Origin: Candidatus Levyibacteriota bacterium
GTDB taxonomy: Bacteria; Patescibacteriota; Microgenomatia; Levybacterales; UBA12049
Direction of reading: 5' to 3'
Length of the DNA stretch: 64,000 nucleotides
Assembly: GCA_027459725.1 (NCBI GenBank)
Contig: DAIDHK010000003.1
Span: 931 to 64,930 of the forward strand
Numbering within the stretch: the first letter of the stretch is position 1; each line of letters begins with the position of its first letter. Shown here piece by piece: positions 1 to 7,761 of the stretch. The notes beneath the pieces are model-generated. The model was not told the origin of the DNA, made no database searches, and worked only from the letters and a program-made list of their open reading frames with translations. Position numbers and translations under genes: made by a program.

Positions 1-46
1 CTGGTGGTACAGGTGTCGGTGGTACAACAAGATTCTCGTCTGGCAT
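1..46 (-). CDS. 5' end of a Pro-rich hypothetical protein running off the window
   Basis: ATG at 46 reads MPDENLVVPPTPVPP to the window edge; divergent from the 161 gene. Confidence 0.5.
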   Translation of the reverse strand, partial: MPDENLVVPPTPVPP

Positions 47-160
47 AGTTTTATGCTACCCTAACAAACTACCTTGCGTCAAGCTTAGTTATAAATCTAA
101 ACAACAAACATTCGCGAAAACAAATTTGCAATGCAGGTGACTTTGCTCTACCATGATATT

Positions 161-502
161 ATGCCTGCCAAAGTCAGTAACACCAAAAAAAATGATTACC
201 TTCAAACCTTGGAGTATATGTTACTCAAAAAAATAGTAACAGATGTCAAAGCCCAACAAATGAGTATGCCTGAGGCCAAGAAATATGCACAGGATTTTCT
301 AAAACTTCTGCCTTTCTCCTCTTCTGAAGATGCGCAAATTAAAATGCATGAGTATGTACGCAAGTATCCCGTTCATGCAGAGATGGAAGACTACATAAAA
401 GCGTTTAATCACGAGGCTAAAGTAAATTCGATCATTGACAAAATGCGCAAACACCTTAAGAATAATAATATAGATAAAGCTTTGGAGGAAGCGAAAAAAT
501 AA
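161..502 (+). CDS. small alpha-helical hypothetical protein
   Basis: ORF 131..502; ATG 161 preferred because TTGCAA-17bp-TACCAT ends 6 nt upstream; stop is 1 nt from the next ATG. Confidence 0.75.
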   Translation: MPAKVSNTKKNDYLQTLEYMLLKKIVTDVKAQQMSMPEAKKYAQDFLKLLPFSSSEDAQIKMHEYVRKYPVHAEMEDYIKAFNHEAKVNSIIDKMRKHLKNNNIDKALEEAKK

Positions 503-503
503 T

Positions 504-2351
504 ATGGCAAATATAGACGCCCCAATCACACCAATGGAAGCTGTTACTCCTGCCCGTGATCCAAAAAAAGATACTTTAGATTTAGGAGGAAGAAGAGTTG
601 ACACCCCAGCTGGTGCTCTGGATAAGGCCATGGGCGAACTACCCGATCCCATTTTTGACGCAGAATCTGCATTAAAACAAAATACCTCTGAAGCTCTTTC
701 CCAGAGCTTAGATGGATTAGCCCATGACTCAGATAGAGACTTGCGGGAAGAAATAGATGGCGGTCTAAGAACAAATATGATACGGCAGGACAATCTTCGA
801 CAAAGTAATCAAGCTGCTGCTGAGGTATTGCGACGACGCCATCAAGCCAGGATTGCAGGTACAGCTGCTGCAGGAACAGGCGAACCAGCTGCTGCAACTG
901 GGGCTTCAGCTAGTGATGAGTTGCCTAGTTTTGCCGACACTATGTTCCCTTCAGCGGTCGAACCAGCTACTACCGCAGGAATGGGTGAACCGTCCTCCTT
1001 TTCTAGTTCTTTTACTGCCCAAGAAGCTCAACGCCAAGCAGATCTTATAATGGCAGGTACATTACGTCCTGGAGATGTTAAAGCTGGACCTGCTATGACC
1101 GATGATATAAATAGGCTTCTGGCTGCCAGAGGCTATACTGGTGAACAAATTAAAGCAATTGATGACCATCTTCAGCGATCTGCTGCTGCGACTGGCCCTG
1201 CCACCCCTGGCGGAGGGAATACTGGAGCTGCCGCAGCGGGAACGGGAGAACCCTTAGCAGTAATCGAACCTGAAGCAAGAGGTGTTGATTCCCAAGCTGC
1301 TGTCCCTGAACGAGAAGATACTGGAGCTACAAAAGAATCAGATAAAACACCCGGTAGAGCGGAAGCTGACAAACGACAAAGAATGAATGAACTAGAAACC
1401 AAGTTCAAAGAAAATAAAGTTCCCATGACTGTAGCTGAGCTTAATGAGTTAAGGCAATTACGACAGGAAGGGATTGCATACTTCCCTACTCCACAAGAAG
1501 AATTACAAGATATAAAAAATAAACTTCTTGATCCTTCTTTAACGGATGCCGATCGAGAAAAATTAGGCGATCGTTATAATGATCTCCTTAGGCAAACCAG
1601 CCCTGAAACTGCTGAGACTCTCAGACAACAACTGGAAACCGAGGCCGAGAAAAAAGTGAATGAGTTGGGCAGAGGTTTGGTGGAATCATATTTAAAAGGC
1701 GATGTTAATATGGAAAGCTTGAGAGAGTTGCAATCACTTATAGGACAACAAGTGCTATCAGAAATAACCGGATTTACCCCCGATCAAGCTGCAGAGGCAT
1801 GGAATTTCTTCAAAAAATCTAAACTTGCCCAACATGTTGAATCAGCTTTAGAAACAGGTGTACGTAAACTTTTAAATGAAATGATGGGTATTGAAATGCA
1901 GGTACTTGTAGCTCCTGGTACACTTGATCAAATCAATGACGCTGAAAAAGAAACCTTGCAAACTATTGCAAAAATGGAACAAGATCTGCAATTAAAAAAT
2001 GTCGATTTGGATGATGAAAAGCGACGCAAACAAAGAGGAGAAATCAATAATCAATATATGAAATTAGCCTCTTTAAGAAGTCGTAAGATGGATTTGGCCA
2101 CCAGTTTGCCCAAATTAGAAGCACAATACTCCAACTTACAGCGACAAGTGAGATTTAAATTAGGACTGATGTCTCCCTGGGCTGCACTGGTAGCTTGGGG
2201 TGGTTCACAGACTAGAAAAATATCCGCCGAAATACAATCTAAAATTCAAAGTCAGTTACCTAGTCAGGCATATTTAGCCAACTATGATGCCTATACCAGT
2301 GCTAAATTTGCAAATGCTACGGAAGCTATTCCTCTCAAATCAGCCGCCTAA
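504..2351 (+). CDS. hypothetical protein with Ala/Gly/Thr/Pro-rich disordered N-half and coiled-coil C-half (candidate secreted substrate)
   Basis: 615-aa ORF; repeated AAAGTGEP motif; no signal peptide; ends KSAA. Confidence 0.8.
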   Translation: MANIDAPITPMEAVTPARDPKKDTLDLGGRRVDTPAGALDKAMGELPDPIFDAESALKQNTSEALSQSLDGLAHDSDRDLREEIDGGLRTNMIRQDNLRQSNQAAAEVLRRRHQARIAGTAAAGTGEPAAATGASASDELPSFADTMFPSAVEPATTAGMGEPSSFSSSFTAQEAQRQADLIMAGTLRPGDVKAGPAMTDDINRLLAARGYTGEQIKAIDDHLQRSAAATGPATPGGGNTGAAAAGTGEPLAVIEPEARGVDSQAAVPEREDTGATKESDKTPGRAEADKRQRMNELETKFKENKVPMTVAELNELRQLRQEGIAYFPTPQEELQDIKNKLLDPSLTDADREKLGDRYNDLLRQTSPETAETLRQQLETEAEKKVNELGRGLVESYLKGDVNMESLRELQSLIGQQVLSEITGFTPDQAAEAWNFFKKSKLAQHVESALETGVRKLLNEMMGIEMQVLVAPGTLDQINDAEKETLQTIAKMEQDLQLKNVDLDDEKRRKQRGEINNQYMKLASLRSRKMDLATSLPKLEAQYSNLQRQVRFKLGLMSPWAALVAWGGSQTRKISAEIQSKIQSQLPSQAYLANYDAYTSAKFANATEAIPLKSAA

Positions 2352-2377
2352 CTAATATAATTGAATCTCAAGTATTT

Positions 2378-2830
2378 TCATTTAGATCCACGGCGTAAAA
2401 AACCAAATAAAATTCGAATTAATCCCCTAGGTCTTTTTGTATCAAGCGACCTCTCATCGGTGGGAGGAATTAGTTTCTCACTAGTTGCAGATTTTACACT
2501 TTCTGATGCGTCCGAGGATAGAGTATGTAAATATTCTGTGATTGCAGCTTGTCTCTTCTCTTCTTGTTGTTGCGCCAATTTAGCATCTTGCATCTCTTGC
2601 AACAATCTTGGCTTGGTTAAATCTTCAATACCCTGATCCAACCTTTGCGAAAAAGTTATTTGTCCCTCTGTTTGAGAGGACTCAGCTTGTAGAGAGATGC
2701 CATGGTGACGCATTGGTCGTTGAGTATGTAAATGCAGTAATGTGCTCACAAAACGCTTCAATCGAGGCTCTGTATTTTTCTCAGTGCTATCTGTTGGGGC
2801 ATTTTCCAGTGATATTCCTTCTTCCATCAT
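2378..2830 (-). CDS. hypothetical protein with basic amphipathic C-terminus
   Basis: 150-aa ORF; TATAAT 5 nt upstream of the ATG; ends RGLIRILFGFLRRGSK. Confidence 0.65.
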   Translation of the reverse strand: MMEEGISLENAPTDSTEKNTEPRLKRFVSTLLHLHTQRPMRHHGISLQAESSQTEGQITFSQRLDQGIEDLTKPRLLQEMQDAKLAQQQEEKRQAAITEYLHTLSSDASESVKSATSEKLIPPTDERSLDTKRPRGLIRILFGFLRRGSK

Positions 2831-2900
2831 TAAAGATTATATGAGGAGTTAAATAAAAAAACAATTTGTGGAGTATAAAAGATACACCCATTTGTTGAAT

Positions 2901-3140
2901 CTAAACTAGTATATGTTTATTGATAAACGCTCTACCCGAGCCAGATTTGAGATAGTGTTCGAAACTAAAGGCAGTATATTTATTTGAGAAGGCAAAGTAA
3001 GAAATTAGCTTTACTGGTAATCTTTTTTTCGTTGCAACAACTTGACCTTTAGAATGGCGCTCTATTCTCTCTTTTAAATTTTCAGAGCAACCTGTATATT
3101 GCTTACCGTCATTGCGCTTGAGGATATAAACTTAATAAAA
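2901..3140 (-). pseudogene. small GIY-YIG nuclease pseudogene
   Basis: Manual translation FY*VYILKRNDGKQYTGCSENLKERIERHSKG...FEHYLKSGSGRAFINKHILV*; in-frame TAA at 3132-3134 and no ATG. Confidence 0.8.
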
Positions 3141-3216
3141 GCAGACTGCGTCTGTCGAAGGTCGCTCGTTAAATGTAGCAATATCTTCGATTTTAGGTCC
3201 AACTTTCATTACAGAA

Positions 3217-3250
3217 GTCGCCTTCGTTAAAACTCCTGCGACCGAAGGCG
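3217..3250. repeat. GC-rich palindrome/hairpin upstream of the GIY-YIG remnant
   Basis: CGCCTTCG (3219-3226) and CGAAGGCG (3243-3250) are perfect inverted arms; alternative pairing GTCGC/GCGAC. Confidence 0.6.
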
Positions 3251-3331
3251 GTGTCTGATTGACTACGTTGGAACGTACTATACAGAGATGTTAATGGATA
3301 ATCAATCAAATTTTACCTATGTTTAACATTT

Positions 3332-4318
3332 CTAATGCGCAGAGAAATACTTTTTATTAAGATTAAATGCGTAGTAGCCTGTACCTATGAGAGTAATACC
3401 ACAAATCATCAAGGATATCGGCCATCCTAATGTCCCACTGAAATATTCTCCTGTAATCTTGAGAATATAGATCATGAGAAAAAGAGTTCCAAATGTCAGA
3501 AAGGATTTACTCTTAAGATAAACACTTAAGAATAGTACGGCGAATAACAATCCTGGATAAATTACTTCCCATATTACATCTTGTGAAGGCTTCCAACCAC
3601 CTAACCCAAGTGCAGCTCCAAGAAAAAACAGCACTCCAAAACCATATAATGCTCCTTTCAAATCTTTTTGACTTGTAGAAGAAAAATAATATCCAAGACT
3701 AACATAGGATAATCCAACTAGAAGAAATCGATACTCATAAAATTTAATGTCCGCAAAATATGGATTTGTGCCGATTAGAAAATTAGTAAAGCTGAAGAAA
3801 AACCATGTAGCATATGCAATACTAAAAAATGTAAAAATAGGCTTCTTAAATACGAAATAGGAGCTTATGTACATCGCTAGTAATACTCCAGCAATAAGAC
3901 TCTGAATTCCTGCACTAGATGTATTGAAACCTACTTGGTCAAATACAACTCCTAATCCAAGCGGAATGACAAGTGCAGCGATAAGATGAAATGCATAGCT
4001 AACTGCACCATATTTTTCTTCTTTATGGAGAAGTACACCTATAAGATAAGCTGCAATACCAAACCCAAGTGTAGCAAGGATTTTTGTAAATATATTTAAC
4101 GAACTCCAGTTTTGCCATATCAGCACTGCTACTCCCACAAATACTATAAATCCGCCGATGAAATACAAAACCTCTGACAATCCTAAATCACGTGTTAGAG
4201 TGCTTATATCCTTCTTCCTTCCTGCTTCGAAAGCATGCACTACTTCTGCTTGGGTAATAAGATTCTGTGAGGAGAACGATGTTATAGCTGATAATACCGA
4301 CTCTTTATCCATATTCAT
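3332..4318 (-). CDS. polytopic membrane protein (DUF2157-like)
   Basis: 328 aa, about 10 TM segments; 'LYFIGGFIVFVGVAVLIWQNW' resembles the DUF2157 N-terminus. Confidence 0.65.
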   Translation of the reverse strand: MNMDKESVLSAITSFSSQNLITQAEVVHAFEAGRKKDISTLTRDLGLSEVLYFIGGFIVFVGVAVLIWQNWSSLNIFTKILATLGFGIAAYLIGVLLHKEEKYGAVSYAFHLIAALVIPLGLGVVFDQVGFNTSSAGIQSLIAGVLLAMYISSYFVFKKPIFTFFSIAYATWFFFSFTNFLIGTNPYFADIKFYEYRFLLVGLSYVSLGYYFSSTSQKDLKGALYGFGVLFFLGAALGLGGWKPSQDVIWEVIYPGLLFAVLFLSVYLKSKSFLTFGTLFLMIYILKITGEYFSGTLGWPISLMICGITLIGTGYYAFNLNKKYFSAH

Positions 4319-4319
4319 A

Positions 4320-4835
4320 CTATTGAATTATCCAACCTAGAAAATGAAATGAATCAGAATAGGTTGAACCATTGTTTACAATATTGAGCTTTTTACTTGT
4401 ATTATGTCCTACAAGATACTCAGCATTATAATTATTATCATACCAGAAGAATGGGAAAAAACCATCACCTTGATTTCCATTCTCAATCTTATACCCATCA
4501 GGAGATACATCAGCAGGGTCTAGTGTTAGGTTCTGCGCATTTTGTAGTGCAACAGGCATACTTTCATTAGTCGAAACGTTATGGATATATAGTTGCGGGG
4601 TAGTATACGATCTATAAGTGGGGTATGCAGGTGAAGGTTGAGGTACAACAATGAGTCGTCCATTATTAACAGAATAAGACTGATCGTTATAATAATTTTC
4701 ATCTGTTGTATATAAAAAGCTGTATTTGGGATGAAGGAAAAGACCTGGAATATAAATGCTCGCAACGACAAAAAGTATCACCAATATTGGTATTGCAAAT
4801 CCAATAACAAGGGGCGCATTTTTTTTCTTAAACAT
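4320..4835 (-). CDS. membrane-anchored hypothetical protein
   Basis: ATG 4835 gives MFKKKNAPLVIGFAIP, one N-terminal TM then a soluble domain; co-oriented with and abutting 3332..4318. Confidence 0.7.
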   Translation of the reverse strand: MFKKKNAPLVIGFAIPILVILFVVASIYIPGLFLHPKYSFLYTTDENYYNDQSYSVNNGRLIVVPQPSPAYPTYRSYTTPQLYIHNVSTNESMPVALQNAQNLTLDPADVSPDGYKIENGNQGDGFFPFFWYDNNYNAEYLVGHNTSKKLNIVNNGSTYSDSFHFLGWIIQ

Positions 4836-4923
4836 AACTATCTCAAGTATTTCAAAAATAAATGTGGAAATCAAGGTTCCAACCGTTCCAGTGGTAGATA
4901 AAAAACGAAGCTAAAAAATAGGG

Positions 4924-5010
4924 CGGAGAGGGCGAGATTCGAACTCGCGGTGGAGTTACCTCCACAACAGTTTTCAAGACTATCCTGTTAAACCGCTCCA
5001 GCACCTCTCC
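4924..5010 (-). tRNA. tRNA-Ser (anticodon TGA), CCA not encoded
   Basis: Reverse complement GGAGAGGTGCTGGAGCGGTTTAACAGGATAGTCTTGAAAACTGTTGTGGAGGTAACTCCACCGCGAGTTCGAATCTCGCCCTCTCCG; long variable arm, TTCGAAT T-loop, G discriminator. Confidence 0.95.
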
Positions 5011-5103
5011 TGGTAGCAAAAAGTATATCAAATACCCCTATACACTACAAGCTAAGGCTAAATATTAGTTGACCATGGTTTCCCATACAACAATTCTATA
5101 TTG

Positions 5104-5465
5104 ATGAGAGACACGCAACGAAAAGGAAATATCCCTGTATCACAAGCAATAGCTAGCTTTACACAAATGGGTTATGATATCGTTTTACTACTAACAGAAT
5201 CAGCATCTTATGATTTATTAGTAGACATTGGTCTTGAAATAAAACGTATACAAGTAAGGTATTGTAGTAGTAATAGTGTTGATCTAAGGAGAGTACATTC
5301 AAATTCTAAATGATACGTAGTCAAAAAAATAAAATAGAATGCTTATGACTGGCTCTATGTTCTTAAAAATGATGGCAAAGAATATTTGATTAAAATTGTT
5401 TGTCAAACCGAAGAGCAATAAGATCAAAGAAAGAACATTTACTAATCCATACAAATTATTCTTAG
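5104..5465 (+). pseudogene. PD-(D/E)XK nuclease pseudogene (group I intron-associated PDDEXK_5-like)
   Basis: MRDTQRKG...ESASYDLLVD...KRIQVRY; reading continues past TGA 5311 and TAG 5335 as NAYDWLYVLKNDGKEYLIK, then an apparent frameshift near 5395. Confidence 0.65.
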
Positions 5466-5578
5466 TTCTCTACTTGTAAAAAACTTTCGGTATGAACTAA
5501 TCCGCATTATAGTCTGGGCTCTGATTCTGGGATCTTGGCTTGACAGTAATACAAAAATACAGCAAACTAGAGTTATCT

Positions 5579-7693
5579 ATGTTTTCTCTTGCCCGTAAAT
5601 TGTTACTAACACTGTCAATAGCTCTTATTGTAATAATTTTTGCGATCAACCCGGCTTTTGCACAAACTACTACATCTACCACGCAAAGTGTAACGCCAAC
5701 AGTTGCAGATTATGCTGAAAATTTAAATGTTCAAAAACTGATGATTAACGTCATGAGTGCCATGAGTTGTCAGGTAGCAGGTATTAATGCAGCCTATCCC
5801 AATCAAGCTTGTTACGGCCAAAAGAGCAACCCCTTAAATGGTCAGGTTTCCCTGCAGAACACAAACAACCTCGGACTCATCGGCCTTGCAGTTCAGGGCA
5901 TCAACCTTACTTTTACTCCTATTGCCTCTCCCAATACCTATTTTCAGGATTTAGCTCAAAATTTCGGTTTTGTGAAACATACTTACGCATCTACCACCAC
6001 ACAATGTGCAAACGGCGGAGTATACGGGCAAGGAGTAGGATTTTGCCAGCTGCATCCACTGATGCAAATTTGGACTGTTGTCCGTAATCTTGCCTATTTA
6101 GGTTTTGTAGTAGTATTCATCTTTATTGGATTCGCCATAATGTTTAGAATAAAAATGAATCCTAATACCGTTGTAAGTATTCAAAGTACAATTCCCAAAG
6201 TCATAATTGCCTTGATTCTAATAACTTTTTCCTATGCCATTTCAGGATTTTTAATTGATATCATGTATGTTTCAATTGGAGTCATCACCCAGCTCGGAGA
6301 ACAAGTAGATCCTATTTCAATTAATAGTAATCATCAAAAGAACCCTGACATGGACAAAATTTTTTCTACTTTACAAGGAGATAATCCAATCAGCTTTGCC
6401 AGTCAAATGGTGGGATTAGGAGGAACAGCCAGTAACACTGCTCACGCTTTAGGAGATGCTGCTGGAGGAATTATAGGATCGTTCGGAGAAGGCGGTACAA
6501 TAATTGCCGCTTTGATTGGCGGCCTGGCGGGATCCAAAGTAGCCTCGGCACTTGGTTCGGGTCTGCAAATTGGAGGAGCAATAGTTGGAACAGCCATTGC
6601 AGCTATCACCGGAAATCCCGAACTCATACCAGCACTTTCTATGGGCGGAGCGAATATAGGTGGAGCTTTGGGACAAGTTATCGGTATCTCAGCTGGTGTT
6701 GGCAGCGCTATAAATAACGCCAGCGGCACTGTTGCCTGGATCGGCTATGTTGCAGCTGTGCTTATTTTATTTGTCGGAATACTAATTTCACTAGCACGGC
6801 TTTGGCTAACTTTGATTATGGCATATATAACTATTTTAGTAGATGTTGTCTTCGCACCGTTTTGGATTTTACTAGCAATTGTACCAAAATCTAAATTCAC
6901 TTTTACTTCCTGGATCAAGGATATGATTGCTAATCTGGCTGTTTTTCCGATGGTTATCGGCATTTTTGTCATAGCAAAGATATTCATCGATGCATTTAGT
7001 ACAGGCGTTGGGAATGGTGAGTTATTTGCTCCACCTCTTGTAGGCTTAGGCTCATTAAATGATGGGGCTAATACCATGCAAGGGATTATTGGCCTTGGTT
7101 TTATATTTATGGCACCTTCCCTGCTTAATATCTCACGCTCAATTTTTGGAGCGCCTAAATCAACTTTAATGTCTAATAGTATACAAAGCTTTATGATAGG
7201 AGCACAATCAGGCAGAAGAATTTGGGGAGTAACTGGCGGTAGGTTAATCGGTGTTGATAAAAACGGAAAGCCTAAACCATTCAGTGCAATGCTTGCGAAT
7301 AATCGCGCTGAAAGGGCCCATCACAAAACTGATGAACTACTTACTCTTCAAAGAGATCTTGATGCAGGCAAACTTACAGGCTTTGATGCAGTACGAGCTA
7401 AAGCCAAACTTCGACTCGCCAATGCGGGAAGAGGTTTCTCTAATCTGGGTCAAAATAGTACAGTAGAATTTAGGGAGAAACTTCGTAGTCGCTTAGACGA
7501 ACTACAAAGATCGGGTAGGTTTGATGGCCCTCAAATGGAAAAGTATATGAAAGACTATGCTGCCCGAGAAGTGGCCAGGTCAACAGGGCGAGCAAAATTA
7601 GCTACTAGTGAAAATCAGGTACTCGAGAAAGTTTTACAGGAATACAATCTAGGTGTTAAGCAACCAAATCCCACTCCCGGTGGCTCGCATTAG
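5579..7693 (+). CDS. VirB6/TrbL-like polytopic membrane protein of the T4SS-like locus
   Basis: Signal peptide (..NPAFA), WTVVRNLAY..FIGFAIMFR..IPKVIIALILITFSYAI and 'ILVDVVFAPFWIL..W.K..IANLAVFP' TM blocks, Gly-rich insert, charged C-tail. Confidence 0.65.
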   Translation: MFSLARKLLLTLSIALIVIIFAINPAFAQTTTSTTQSVTPTVADYAENLNVQKLMINVMSAMSCQVAGINAAYPNQACYGQKSNPLNGQVSLQNTNNLGLIGLAVQGINLTFTPIASPNTYFQDLAQNFGFVKHTYASTTTQCANGGVYGQGVGFCQLHPLMQIWTVVRNLAYLGFVVVFIFIGFAIMFRIKMNPNTVVSIQSTIPKVIIALILITFSYAISGFLIDIMYVSIGVITQLGEQVDPISINSNHQKNPDMDKIFSTLQGDNPISFASQMVGLGGTASNTAHALGDAAGGIIGSFGEGGTIIAALIGGLAGSKVASALGSGLQIGGAIVGTAIAAITGNPELIPALSMGGANIGGALGQVIGISAGVGSAINNASGTVAWIGYVAAVLILFVGILISLARLWLTLIMAYITILVDVVFAPFWILLAIVPKSKFTFTSWIKDMIANLAVFPMVIGIFVIAKIFIDAFSTGVGNGELFAPPLVGLGSLNDGANTMQGIIGLGFIFMAPSLLNISRSIFGAPKSTLMSNSIQSFMIGAQSGRRIWGVTGGRLIGVDKNGKPKPFSAMLANNRAERAHHKTDELLTLQRDLDAGKLTGFDAVRAKAKLRLANAGRGFSNLGQNSTVEFREKLRSRLDELQRSGRFDGPQMEKYMKDYAAREVARSTGRAKLATSENQVLEKVLQEYNLGVKQPNPTPGGSH

Positions 7694-7761
7694 CCAATCC
7701 AACCGTTATAACATTTGGACGTCACTAAAATTTACTTTTAATCTTTAATGCTTAAAGAGGA

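Noticed and set aside
4924-5010. tRNA with TGA in the loop as a suppressor or Sec tRNA
   Set aside because: Anticodon 5'-TGA-3' reads UCA (Ser); a UGA decoder would need anticodon TCA
5311-5313. In-frame TGA suggesting genetic code 25 (TGA=Gly)
   Set aside because: The same frame also has a TAG and a frameshift, and the long conserved genes contain no in-frame TGA, so this is a pseudogene under code 11
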